Positions 13,168-26,505 of a stretch of 64,000 nt of DNA are shown here, one piece after another. The stretch lies in NCBI GenBank assembly GCA_044892525.1, contig CM097885.1, forward strand, positions 114,576,001 through 114,640,000, read 5' to 3'. Position numbers and translations under genes: made by a program. The notes under the pieces are model-generated. The model did no database searches. It was not told the DNA's origin and saw only the letters and a list, made by a program, of their open reading frames with translations. This stretch comes from Schmidtea polychroa. Its lineage: Eukaryota. Numbering within the stretch: position 1 is the stretch's first letter; each line of letters opens with the position of its first letter.

Positions 13168-13391
13168 TGTGAGGAGTTAAAATTAAAATGTTAAATTAAA
13201 TTTATTTCCTGATTAAATTTTGTAAAATTAATAGTGAAACTTAAATTATCTGAATTATAGTAGAATTAAAATGGTTTAAAATTAAAATATTAATTTTCTT
13301 TAAAATTCTTATTTTTTTACAAAGTATTATTATTTATTATCATTATTTTTATTAATTTCAAAGTATTATTGTTATTGTTAAATCCTACACA
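13168..13391 (+). repeat. LTR-like fragment (TGTGAGGAG...) interrupting Penelope; related copy starts at 14913
   Basis: TGTGAGGAGTTAAAATTAAAATGTTAAATTAAA is shared by 13168 and 14913; this copy ends TCCTACA(CA); no TSD verified. Confidence 0.6.
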
Positions 13392-14912
13392 GAAACGGAT
13401 ACCAAGGTGAGGACATTGAAAAAATGAATTCTTCCCCAAAAAGATCTAGGGAATTAACACAAAAGAATCAGAAATATTTCTATCTTAATATCCCATTCAT
13501 CAGTGACATACTCGACTTCAAGATTTTGAAAGAACTTAAACGTACCCGTCTTCCAATTTGGATAGCACATAAATCTTGGACATCGAGAAAAGCTCTGGCA
13601 AACAACATAAATAGAGAAAACAATTACACAATGAAAAACTGACAGACACCGAAAGATATGTGCTTTAGAAAAAACATCGTCTATTGCATCACATGCAATG
13701 TATGCAATGAAATCTACATTGGAAGTACACTCAGGACCTTGCCTTGAAGAGTTAAAGAACATCTAGATCCTGGTGGAACATCCTCGTTGGGCAGACATCT
13801 ACGGTAGTGTCAGCCAACAGAGGAAAGAAAAAATATTTCAATAGAAATCATAGCTAATGGAAACATCCAAAAGAAAAATTTCAGATTCAAAGAAACAATT
13901 CTCATCATAAACAGGCGGCCAAAAATCAACACTGAAGAAGAAATCAATGAAATCATGAATTTGATCTGTTGTCATTGATCTTGAGAAAAACTGACAATAT
14001 ATAAAGAAATTAAAAAATTTTAAAAAAATATAATAAATTAAAAAGTAATAATTAGAATAATATAGAAAATTTTAGGAAATATACTTTCAAAAGATAGTAT
14101 TTATAAATCAAAATTGACACATTTATTGAAATATTTAAATAGCGTATATAAATAGTTATTGGAGGCTTTATTTTAAAATATTTTGAAATATTTTATTAGG
14201 CTTCAGGAAGCTAATTATAAAAGCTTTATAAAAATTTTAAAAATTTTAGTTTGTGTCATTTTGAATTTTAAATGATATTTATTTTATTTTATTTTTAATT
14301 TTAATTTTCAATAAAATTTTAGAAATATTTAATAAAAGAATTCATAAAAAGAAAGTACAAATTATATTTATAACCAATGAGAATTAAGAAAAAGGAAATA
14401 AAAGAAAGATAGAAATGTATTTTCGAGAAGAAGATTGTTAAATTCCAGGAGATTGATAAGGACTATCTTATAGTCGAAAATTTTTTCATTAAATACATTA
14501 TTTGCAGCAAAAGGCTTATTTACTTTATTGTTTTAAATAATAAATGTTGCTACCAAGAAATCATCACTTTATATTATTTATATTATTATAATTATTATTA
14601 CTATTATTATTATGTAGTCAGAATTTATCCGACAAGATATTTTGTCTCCTATGGTTACTGATCACACTCAAAATGTCATGCTTATTATTATTATTTTCTT
14701 CAAGTTCTTATTTTATTTACAAAAATATTATTTTCAATGTCAAATTATTTTTACAGGGTCATATTAATTTTTGCTAATGATGATTTTTCCACCAATAAAA
14801 TTTATTTAACGAGGACTCAGTTTAAAGGTTTTTCAAACGGCTATAACGTACACGGTGATTATTATTATTACCCATATTATTATTATTATTATTACTTTAT
14901 TATTATTATTTT

Positions 14913-16140
14913 TGTGAGGAGTTAAAATTAAAATGTTAAATTAAAATTATTTCATGATAAAATTTTGTAAAAATAAATGTGAAACTTAAATTATTTGAAA
15001 TATATTAGAATTAAAATGGTCTAAAATTAAAATGAATATTTAATTTTAATTTTGAAATAAAATAATTTTTAATAAAATTGAAATTCAAGTATGAATGTGG
15101 TATGTTGACATACTAATATTCACAAAGACAGAAAAAGAACACTATTACTTATTTAAAAGAGTTCTAGGGAATATCATAACAGAATTGAAGTTTCTGGGAC
15201 ACATAATAAATAAAGACGGCATACAAACAGATCATACTAAGATAGAAGCAATACAATCATTTTAAAAACCAAAATGTGTAAAAAAAAATCTGAAGAGCTT
15301 TTTGGGTATCTGTAACTGTTATCGACGGTTCATAAAAGACTAAGCTAAGAAGGCAAGAGCACTAGAGAGCATATGCGGAAAAAACAATTAGAAAATAAGA
15401 TGAAAAGGCTTTCGTGGAAATAAAAGAACCATTGGTAACCGCCACAGTATTGGTATTTACAGACTTCAGAAAAGAATTTATATTAGACACAGACGCAAGG
15501 TTCGATACTATTGGAGCAGTTCTTTCGCAAAAGGATAAAAAAGGGACTGCGATGAGGAGCCACGAAAAAGGATACTGTATTACCAGGAAAGAATTATTAC
15601 CAATATACTATTTTTGTAAATATTTCAACCATTACTTATATGGTAAAAGATTCTCACTGAGATTGGAACATAAACCTATTACGTTTATGGTAACAACGAA
15701 GAAACCAATAACTGCTCAATTCCAGACATGGATAAACTATTTAAGCAGTCTGGATATTAAAATGGAATACAAGAAAGGGACAAGTCAAACAAACGCGGAT
15801 ATGTTATCCAGGAAAATTTGCGGAACATGTGTACAGTGTATGATGGAACAAGAAGATCCAAAAACCGGCAAAATTGAAACCAGAATATGAACAGTAACAG
15901 TAAGAAGGCGGAGATAACAAGTGGCAAAATGACAATGTGGAGGTCCAAGAAATAAAAAATAAGTTAGAAAATAAAGATTGTAAATACATGATGGAAAACA
16001 ACACGGTACTAACTAAGCAAGGTAAAATATGGATACCATCAAATAATAGACAGAAGATGATAAAAGAAGTACACGTATTGCTAATTACACGTATACCTGC
16101 CATGCAGGTACACAGAAAGTAAAGAAATATATCCAAAATA
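14913..16140 (+). mobile_element. Ty3/Gypsy remnant: LTR start followed by RT-RNase H-integrase start
   Basis: YVD-ILIF..., FLGHIINKDGIQTD, SFLGICNCYRRFIKD, FILDTDARFDTIGAVLSQ, YCITRKELL, NADMLSR, IKEVH..HAG; several stops and deletions. Confidence 0.9.
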
Positions 16141-18254
16141 ATTTCGACATAGAAAAAAGAGGACCAATCGTATATAAATAATTGCATATATCGGTGTATA
16201 CACCCCAACCAAAATGATATATAATAAAAGTAGAGGACCGATCACCATAAACAAAGATAAAATAATGCGAAAAATCAAAAATATTAAAATCCACGCTTAT
16301 TTAAGAGTAAGGAAAATAAATCAGAGAAATGGACAATTGGCAAATATTGTAGAGAGGACACGAGAACAAAATACTGAGAACCGAGAGAACACATAATAAT
16401 AAATAAAATAATGAATGTCGGGGACGACATTTTGCGAAGACGCGGAGAAAAAATTAGATCAAACTAGGACAACAACAAACTAGGACAACAACAAACGGCA
16501 GATCAAGATGAAAGTCAAAATGGACATGAGGAGTAATAGGAACAATCAGGAAAAATTATACAAGAACATGATTGACGGAAAATGAAGAGCGCACATATAA
16601 CAAAATAAAATGTGAACAAATAAACACAATAAAAATGACAAGGAAACACAAAACGAAATGAACAAACAGGAAACAACAAGTAACAAATTCACAGAAGGAA
16701 GGCAAGGGCAAAGACATTTGAATGAAAAATCAAAACAGCGAGAAAACGACAAATATAAAATAAAACACGATACAATGAAATGGAACAATAAATTGAAAGC
16801 TTAACATCACGACACGGCCAATTAAAATAGCAATAGATGCTAACAAAAATGAGATCAATTAGAAACATTGGAACAAAAGTTTTAGTTATGGAAAACGAAC
16901 ATACTGCCTACTTTTACTATGGAACAAAAAGTTACAATAATGAAAAACGAACGAACTGTCTACTTTTATTACGAAACAAAAAGTTGTAATTGTGGGATTG
17001 AATAAATTCAGAAACGATAAATGCAATAATATCAACCACTCCAGGAACAGCTAGGAAGAAATGCGTATAGATGTAGGTATCCAGATATATGTAGATATGT
17101 GTATATGAATATAGGTGTATGAATAAGGGTATATGTATAAGTATATGCGTACATATGTATAAGTATATATAAACGAACAATAAAATGACGTAATGAACAA
17201 ATAAACAAATAAGCAAGGTTAAGAGCCAAAGTTAAGTAGTATACAGATACGGGAATATGTTAAAACAAAATATATAACGATTTGCACAATATAAAAAAAA
17301 TTAAAGGGAAACGTAAAGAATCAAATTTTGGGAAAACATACAAATATGGAAGCGTGATAAATTACAAAATTGAGCAGGGATGTTTAATAAATAAACCATT
17401 AACGAATAGAAAGGTAACGAATAAAATGGATGAACAAATATTAACGAGTAATGCGAGAGGGATCTGCCTGAGGAAATAGTGAGCATATTAACGAGAAACA
17501 AGTCAATCGAAGCGGTGAGAGTAAAAACGATAGCAATAAAACGTTAACCAGACAAGAGACGTGTATATATTTAGAATAATGAAGAAGGACCAAGAGTAAT
17601 CGAGAAAAGTAGATTAAGAACACGACGTAAAAATGAGAATAGTATTACGAAAATTGATAGCAAATGAATAAGAAAAATTTTTTTTGGGGTTTGAGAAATC
17701 CACAACCTATGAGCTACGCTCAGCGTAGTGCGGATAAGGCACAGGAAAGTACCAACTGTCCTGACGAAAGATGTGGAACAGGGCCCATCGCATATACTGG
17801 AACATCTCTGCGTGTGACTGATCACCACACGATCGGAGATCGACCAGTGCGAGTGTTTCGCATCCAGAGTCAGGAGAGTGGGGAAAACCCGGAAGAGTAG
17901 TAAAAAGAAGCATGCAGGAGAAATAAAAAGAGACCAAGTAAATGGGAAAAGACAGAGCGGAGTAAAGGGAAACAATTAGAGCTTAAAGACTCAATTCATA
18001 AGACAACCGGTAGGCAGAATAATAGAGGACAAAGAGAGTTAAAGGAAAACGAATAATAGATGCGAATAATAGATGCGAATCCGGAGTCAAGGGAATGGGG
18101 AAAACCCGTAAGAGCAGAAGGAAAAAATTTAAAAAAAAACAGGCATGCAGGGGGATAAACGATTAGAAAGTGCACAGTAACTAAAGTAAAGACAACAAAA
18201 ATAGTGAGCCTAGGACAAACAGAGAAATGGAGAATAAAACATGCATGTTAAGGA

Positions 18255-18528
18255 TTATTAAGGCCGAGCTGTTGAAGTGTCCAGCTGGTCAGGAAAATTA
18301 AGACTGCGCTGGGAAGAGTCCAGCCAGTCAGGATATTAAGGCCGAGTTGTGAGAAGTCCAGGTGGTCAGGATTATGAAGATTGAGCTGTTGAAAAGTGCC
18401 AGCCAGTCGTAAAGGCTAAAAATTAAAGTGAGATAGCCTAATAAAGCTAAAAATTAAAGTGAGATAGCCTAATAAAGCTAAAAATTAAAGTGAGATAGCC
18501 TAATAAAGCTAAAAATTAAAGTGATAGC
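18255..18528 (+). repeat. Two adjacent minisatellites: degenerate ~38-bp units (18255-18410) and a 31-bp unit x~3.7 (18412-18528)
   Basis: Units like TAAGGCCGAG(C/T)TGT..AAGTCCAG..GGTCAGGA; then AATTAAAGTGAGATAGCCTAATAAAGCTAAA repeated with period 31. Confidence 0.85.
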
Positions 18529-20089
18529 ATACTAAAACTATAAATCACAGTGAGGTAGAATATTAAAGCTAGCTAAGAGAGGAAATTGAGGAAGAATAAT
18601 TAAAAATTAGATGATAGAATTAGATTATAGAGAAGAATAAACGAGCTCGTGGTAGATGATAATAAAATTTTAGTGAGAAAGAGAAACAAGAAAGGAAAAT
18701 GAATCAAGAGATAGCGAAAATAAAGAATAAGTGAGAATAATTAACAAAAGGAAGAAAATAATTAAATAATTAAAAGGGATCCCAGTGAAGTAGAAAAGGC
18801 TCTACAGAATTTAATTTTTGTGGTTTAAATCGGGAAATGATTTTTTTTTATTGGTTCCAGAGTAGAACCAAGTGAGGGAAACAGATAAGAAAGGATAGGT
18901 AAAATAGCGACAATAGCGCAAGAGAATTAGGAAAAATGAGGAGGGGTAATTAGCAGCAACGGACAACGACCTATTGATATTATAATTGATAATTATAGAT
19001 AATTGATACGACCATATAGATAATTATTACTACCCCACATAGATAATTTAACATCGACGAAAGTTTGGGATTATGGTTCATTACAACCCACGATATAGGA
19101 ATTGTACATCATTTGAAAATGTCGAAGGTATAAACAGATTAGATAATAATTTTTAAGGCTTCGAAAGTAGAAACGGAGAAATTAGAATTTTTAATAAGTC
19201 TGGAAAGCGGAGACCAATGGGATAAGAATTTTGTTTCAGTTGATTGTTTTGAATGCAGAAACGAACGAGTTAGAAATTTGTAAGGTAAAGAGTGGCAGGT
19301 TAACGAATGATAAGATTGGTAAATGTTTGGGTAGATATATAACAGAAAATAAATGAAATCTCAGTAGAAATGACAAGAAATGAATTGATATTAGATAATC
19401 GGGTAAGAGAGAATGAATGAGAATATAAGAAGAATAATAGAAATTCTAGTTAAGAATGAGTTATAGAAATGACAAGGAATGAGTCAAGTGGAGATGAGAG
19501 GCAATACAAGTACAACTGTGAATATAGTTTCAAACTTAAGGAAAGAAACCGTTAAGTAGAACAATGAACTCAGTCAAGAAAAACAGCAACGATAATAATA
19601 GTTAATGAAAGGAGGAAATATAAAGGGTAACCGATATAGTAAACTCAAAGAAATGATTAAACTGGAAACAACCGAGAACAAAACAAGGACCATAGTAATG
19701 AAGAAAAACTAAGAGGTAATACAAGTTAATGGATAGAGATAACAGAGAGAGATAGTCATTCAAAGCCAAGAAAACCATAGAAACGAGGAAAAAGAACACG
19801 AATTAAAATAAATAAGGATCGAGAAAATTAAGTAGAACATGAGAATAAAGGCGAAAACTAAAGGAACGAGGAAACAAATATTAAGAGATGCCCCAGGAAA
19901 CCAAAACAAAAACATTGCAATTATGTTATATAATATATAAATTATAATTTATAAAGATAATAAACGGTAAGGAGGAGTGATATTTTTCTAGTAAGGTAAA
20001 TCAATCAAGCAAGCTAATAGCCAAGTATCAACAATCAACCGGAATTCATCACCAAATAATTAAGCCAATCGATAATAGAACCAAGTATG

Positions 20090-21754
20090 TCAAACGAAGA
20101 AGAAATGAAAGCTGCAAAGAAAGGAAAACGAACAATCAAATCCAAGCAAACGCAAGAGAGTAAAAAGGAGAAATCAAAGCGACATCTTAAAAACGGAAAG
20201 TCGACCCTCAAAATAGAGTGGTAAAAGGAATTTTAAAACAGTCAGTCGAAAAGTTTAAAACGCCAGTGGAACTTCATGAAAGAGAAAATAATATAAAAGC
20301 AGAAATATTGAAAGACCTTGAAACCTAACTAAAGAAAGAAATCAACGACGGAGAGATAATATGGATATATGAGCGAACAAGCTAGCTGAGATGCAAATCA
20401 GATAAGCATTCTTACAAAACTATGCAGTAACATAACCGAGTATCAATCCGAAATGAAAAGAAAGCAAGAATAAATGTACTACAATACGTTGGAAGCAGAT
20501 CACAAATTGAAAACAACCTAACTAAACAACCACAAGAATGGAACAGCTTACAGATCACAGAGGCCCGAGAAGCAGAAGAAAGATGGAGTAGACGAAAGAG
20601 AAGAAGAGAAGAAGAGTATTGGAGGAGGAGAAAGGAAGAACTGTCGAAAGTTGATATATTGAGACTAACTACCAATGACAGCCAGAGGGAAAAGATAGAA
20701 GAAATGTGTGAAAGACGACAAAGAAAAGTAATACAAATCAATATGATGAAAGTGATACCGAGCAACAAACTGGAATCACAAAGAACTCTGGACTCAAGAG
20801 TGGAAAGTGAAACAATCGAAAGAATAGAAAATGTAATATTGGACCATCAAAATATCAGAATCATTGGGAACAATCGGAGAAATTATAAAAATACGGAAAA
20901 TCAGGCTGATATTACAGCAATCCAAGAGAATCGCATGAGATCAGTCAACAGAAGAGATTGCAACAAATCGAAGACTAACGAAGACCACGAAATTCGAAAT
21001 GGTGAAAATAATGAAAACATCGAGACAGAAGAACGAAGAAAAAAAATGATGAAAGTGAGATTGAACCAAATATCAATAATAAAGTAAACCAGTATTGTAA
21101 CGAATGCCAGCAGCGAGGACACAATGAGCGTAATTGTTCTTTGAATATGATAGGTTGGAATTGTCAGAGAATGAGGCATTGCGAAAAGAAATGTCGTCGT
21201 ATAAAAAGGTGTTACGAATGTAAAAGAACAGGACACTTAATTAACACTGTCCGAATGTGGCAAATCCAGAGAAAAATCAATCACGGAGAAGTACCACTGA
21301 ACCGACCAAGCAATACGCACAGAGAAAAGAATTCAACAGTCAGATAGTAGAAATTGTCAACCTCCAATGTTAATAAAACAACAGTCGACAAACGTACGTC
21401 GAAGTGAAGAAACATGTAAAACTCAACGTATCCGAAGAATTGAGAAGACAATGTATAGAACAAGGTGACATAAATAAAGAATTTGTGATGAAAGAAAAGA
21501 GACGGGATGAATTGATAATGATATGGAGACAAGTTGACGAAAGCAAAACAAAAAAAAATGAAGTACTAAAAACAACGATACTCAGACTAAACGAAGAAGC
21601 AAGGTCAACAGAATTAAGAATCAATGAAATAATGAATAATCGAGAGAAATGCAAAGATATGGCAGCAGAGACACAAATGATGATGGCCAAGGAAAAGAAG
21701 AAGGGTAGTGCAAAGAATGAAGTGGAGAGAAGTGTAGATGAGAGTAATATATAA
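20090..21754 (+). pseudogene. Decayed gag/ORF1-like coiled-coil protein with three CCHC-type zinc knuckles (copy 1)
   Basis: CNECQQRGHNERNC, WNCQRMRHCEKKC, CYECKRTGHL at ~21090-21250; charged coiled-coil segments; multiple stops. Confidence 0.65.
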
Positions 21755-22769
21755 GAAGTGTACATATGTAAAAATTGATGTATAAATAGCAAACCAAATG
21801 TATTAGACGTATAGGTATAAATTGATGTATAATGTAGCAAAGGATCGATGTATAAATAATTAAAATAGAAATGGATCAAGTAATCAGTTGGGAAAAAATT
21901 TGAACCCTTACAATGATAAAGGAGAACAGAGGCTCAAATGAGAAGAAAGAATATAAATCCAAAAGAAAGATAAAAGTGCAGACCCGGAAAGAATGAGTTA
22001 AACGAATATCTAAAAGTAATATCTAATTTGGAACCCCTAAACAAAGAACGGTAAAAGACCCTGATAAATGAGACGAAAGTCACAGACCCAGTGACATTGG
22101 AAACTTAATCAAATCAAGCGAACTTGGACTAAAATCAAAAATAATTCGAGTTACCCGTTAAAGAAAGAAAATCCCTTAATAAGAGCAATACCGTAAACAA
22201 AACCACCAAGAAAAACCAAAAGAAAAATCAATGTGTCAAATCACCCAGTTAAACAAAAATTCCGAAGACCCTTGAGCAAGGTCTGTCATATATTATCAAA
22301 TGATCCAGAAAATCAGAATCCCAGCATAAAAATCCAAAGAGAATCCGGGAAAACAGTCAAACCCCGATAGAAAGAATCCTATGATCTTCAGTAAGTATTA
22401 CGAGCTAAATTATGAAAACCAACAACAGCAATCAAACATGCCTACAAAAACCAGCCTAAAGATTGAAAACCGAACCCAGAAACGAGAAGAAACAACCAAC
22501 TGAAGAATTGATCCAGAAATAAAACTGTTGTTTGTGACTTGACTTGAGTTTGGACACGGTATAAGTATGTGTGTGTATTATGACCAGTCACTGTATGTGG
22601 CAACTGCTTGAATTTTAGCTTAGACCCTTTTCTGATAATTCAATTTTAACATGTCTTAAACTGTTATAGTATGTTTATGGGTTAATGGAAATGTAATAGA
22701 CTATGATCTGGGAAATTCATATGTCTAACAGAATTGCGGGACGCAATTTTAACGGGTCCCGGAGTGATT

Positions 22770-24793
22770 TGTTGGGCTAGAACCGAGAATCGAGAGCATG
22801 TTTTAATGAATCAAAAATAAATAACATAAAAATCGCACCAAGTTATATAAAAACACCAAAAACTAAAGTACATAACACACGGATGATAAATAAGACCCGG
22901 TTAATAAAATAAAGGAACGCAAATAAAGGTCACAATCACTAACACCATTAGGAGAAATATCGCATTCGGAATATCTAACAACTAAAAATTAAAATAATAA
23001 TAAATAAAATAATGGGTAATAAATTAATTAATAATATGGAAAACTTTTAAATATATAAATATAAAATTTAAAATAAATTACCTAGTAAACTGGTAAAATA
23101 ATAAAAAGTAGAATAAAAGTAGTAGAATTAGATAAACCATAAAATTTATAAAACTAAATTGTTTAATGAAAACTAAAAATAAAACCAACAAAATTATTTA
23201 AATTAAAAATTTAAATTATAAAACTTATAAAACCAAATTGTTTAAATTAATGAAACTAAAGTAAAATTAACTGAACTTATTTAAATTATAAAACTTGTAA
23301 AACTAAATAAAAATTAGCAAAAACTATTTAAATTATAGAATTTATAAAAATAAATCTTAAAAATTAATAAAAATTAGAATTTTGATTAATTAAATTAATT
23401 AAATTAAAAAATAAATAATTGCACACATTCATGCATGCATGCAAAAATTAATCAGAATCGCCTCGTATTCTAATTGGATATAACAGCAGAGAATGCGTAG
23501 GCGTATAATTCAATCAGTATAAATACTGAGTGAAATTTCATTTAAAAAAAATGGAGAAGTCACGCTCAACTGGTTAACTGAAAATCGCTACAGTAGACAA
23601 TGCAAATCCCATGGCTCTCGATTGTCAGTTTTATGCATGCGTGGTGAGGTAAATTTGATTTTTGTTAATTTTATGTTAATGATTTATATGTTAATTTTAT
23701 GTTAAAATTTATATGAAATAATAGGTAATTTTTAGGATTTAGTAATTGAATTGGTTTGGCTAATTTTGCGTCTGTTCATTTTAATGTTAACTTGGAATAA
23801 TATTTTAATAGGAGTAAGATGAGTTTGATTTTATTAATGACAAATTTATATGATGTAAAATGTAATTTGTAGGATTGAATAAAATTTTTAATTGGATTTG
23901 TTTTTAATTGACTCCGGAGTCTTGTTTATGATACTTTTTGAATAATATTATAATTTAGGTTGGGTTTTTCTTGATATTTATGTGTCGATGGTCTGGGCTG
24001 GGGCAAGGTTTGTGGACGGGCGGCACTACGTGCTGTTGGTCGGCAGATATTTCGCCAGTTGAGTCCATCGGCGTAGGGAATATAGATAGGGATATGAACG
24101 GTTAGGGGGGAATCAATTTTCGATAGTTTAGGGCCCTATTTAGAGTTAGAAAGTATAGGACTTTTATTTTCATAGATATTTCTGAGTTAGGAGAAATATT
24201 AGAATAGTTATGAACTGTTGTCGGTAGAGGAAGTAGGTTTAGGCAATTTTATAGAAACCACGAATAGTTAAGATATTCGATCGTTCAGGATTAGGAATAC
24301 AGGCAGATCCCTGCTCAAATTTTCATGAGAAGTGTGGAAACATGTTTATTAACTTGTGAATAAGGGCCAATCCCTGCTCAAATTTTTCAAAGGATAATTT
24401 AGATATTGTAGGGGGTATATAACAATAATTATTAGATGGACAATAAGGGCGGATCCCTGCGCAAAAATTTTACAAGGGAACAGTTGGAAATACCCTTAAT
24501 TGAGGACCACAAATGATCTAAAACAGCATACATAGTGAATAATGACGTAAGACCTTCTATCGGCAGTCTAGAACCCGAAAAGAAAATACAATGGGGAGTA
24601 GTTTTAGTAATAGAGCTCACCTGCTCATTGTTTTTTCGCCTTTGTGTACAGTACAAACATGGTCGTCACCATGGGTACACAAATGGTTTAAATTGCAATA
24701 GTCATGGAGGTGCTTAGGAAAGAGTCGAGTGAATATCTAAATTACCCCTGACGTATTTAAAATATAAAATGGCACACCCCTAAGTAACCAACA
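22770..24793 (+). repeat. LTR (2024 bp), variant of the 1547-bp LTR
   Basis: TGTTGGGCT start and GTAACCAACA end; last ~500 bp nearly identical to 46610-47118; 5' part diverged and longer. Confidence 0.85.
23473..23529 (+). promoter_or_regulatory. LTR promoter: ATTGG (CCAAT) box and TATA box
   Basis: ATTGG about 40 nt upstream of TCAGTATAAATACTGA; the same spacing is kept in the otherwise diverged LTRs at 46114-46161 and 59455-59502. Confidence 0.6.
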
Positions 24794-25029
24794 ATAGGTA
24801 AGGTAATAGAACAGTAATAGTCGTAACCTTGAGGGTCGGAATGGTGTTGATAAGGTACAGAAAATTCTTTTGATGGAATAAATCATGAAGTAAAGGAAGA
24901 GGGACTACCCGACAAAATGATCACCTATTCCCCAAAGTGTTTTTGTTTATTATTTCTCAGAAGCAAATCTGATTCTGATTTAGATAAACATTTTTTATCA
25001 TCTTTTGTTTTCTAATAATAAGCACGATG

Positions 25030-25720
25030 ACTACTCCAGTTAAAAACGCAAAAACGCAGTCAATGCTAAGCAGAGAGAAGAGATCCGGCTGTTTTGTGAA
25101 AAGATCGATCGCTTGGCAGAAACCTAGTTCTCCACTCCCCAAATGAAAGAATAGACAAAGAAATTATACCGCCTTGAGCACTGCAGGAACAGTCTTATTG
25201 CGGAGAATCGATCTTATCGCGTTCTTGTACAGGAGCAATCTCAAGCGCTCCATCATGTTTATACGAAAAAAGAGTTGGGTACAAGGATCACTGATTTCAA
25301 AACCCTCAGCAACAACACTATTATCCCGGTCCATTTTCAATGGGTGAATCTCATGCTGAAAACCGCTTGCTTGGGCTATACTACATTGACACCTTCGACC
25401 CTAGCCCGGTCGCCTCAACATCTTCAGAAGTGCAGGTACCGACTAAAACCATTGATCTGCGAACGCCCTTTTCAGACCAGCCTCAGAAGAAGTCCCGGCG
25501 GAAGAATCTTACTAAGGTCGAGCGCAACGCTAGGAAACGCGCTCGTCGACTCATCTGAGCATACTCCCGGCCACTGAGTCTTATGATAGAGATGCCCGAG
25601 GAAGTCCGTCCCTCGTATTTCCCAATGAATTCGAGCTGGACACCCTCTTAGCTGAAATTGAGAGGGATGGATGGTGACGATCTAGGTCCTTTTCTCAGAA
25701 GACATCAACAATTGATCTTT
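25030..25720 (+). pseudogene. GC-richer decayed orphan ORF of unknown family
   Basis: Long open frames joined by stops and a frameshift (QREEIRLFCEKIDRLAE...KKSRRKNLTKVERNARKRARRL); no recognisable motif. Confidence 0.35.
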
Positions 25721-26505
25721 TCCGTTTTTGTGTCATGTATCTTTGTATATAATCATATCATTATCATAAATATTTCTATAAAATTTTATTTGTGTTGTTG
25801 CTTTCTTCTGGAATCAGATTTTCATTGGAGTGTAGACAAACGTAATATTTATACCCACCCAAAGGTAGTAGGGGATAAATCCAACGTAAATCTTTCTATC
25901 CGCCGTCTAGAACCAGTCAGAAATGTTATGGGAGAGTCGTGTTAAGATATGCGCTCCCCTGCCTTATAATTTTTCATCAACGTTGAGCAGAACCAACCTT
26001 ATCATGGTTAGGGGCTCTGTATTCGAAATAGAGTAAAGTTATATGCACCTACAGACTGTGGTCATAGCTCATTTTCGCGTTCCAAGCGCCAACAGTATAT
26101 TCTAAAATGTAAAGGTCATTTCACCTGACGATTCACAACTTGAACTCCAACAAAATTCATGAGTTATTTTTTATTCAATTAGATCGCAAATATTTTTATA
26201 TTAATAAATACTGCTAAAATAAAACAAGTTGCCTTCAACACTATTCAGAACTCATTATAAGTTGCATTTTTATTTGAAATACTTCGTTTCATTAATGCTA
26301 GATATCTTTGTTAATAATAAACACTAAATTGTTTTGCTGCGATTTATTTTAAAGGAGTAGCAAATAATAACTTATCACACATTTATAGTTTTTCTATAAA
26401 CAATTTATTGTTGTTTAAAATATTGTATTGTATTTTCATTTTCAATATTATATTTTAAAAAAAATCAATTATAATTTTACGTGACCTCAGTTTTCTAATT
26501 TATTA

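Larger units (their letters stand above)
11440..13960 (+). mobile_element. Penelope-like retroelement (RT + GIY-YIG), decayed and interrupted twice
   Basis: LVSFDVSNLYGSIP (~11520-11570); FKQIHGLTM...NRYIDDIF (12660-12800); KNGYPK (~13130); NIVYCITCNVCNEIYIGSTLR..RVKEHL (13670-13765); RPKINTEEE terminus. Confidence 0.88.
16150..24793 (+). mobile_element. 3' part of a large non-autonomous LTR element (copy 1): internal region 16150-22769 plus 3' LTR
   Basis: Internal region is collinear and highly similar to ~51885-58912; ends in an LTR with TGTTGG...CCAACA termini. Confidence 0.85.

Noticed and set aside
17761-17810. CTGACGA followed by an AGATGT/ACATCT stem (also at 53559) as a possible hammerhead
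   Set aside because: No GAAA after the stem and no stem I/III with a cleavage triplet.
16081-21879. Many Phe/Leu/Ile-rich minus-strand ORFs here and at 50260-57828 that look like membrane proteins
   Set aside because: They are the antisense read-out of a strongly A-rich plus strand and show no family motifs.
24535-24717. Short ORF repeated three times (also 46825 and 60166)
   Set aside because: It lies inside the LTR; the repetition reflects LTR copies, and no protein motif is seen.
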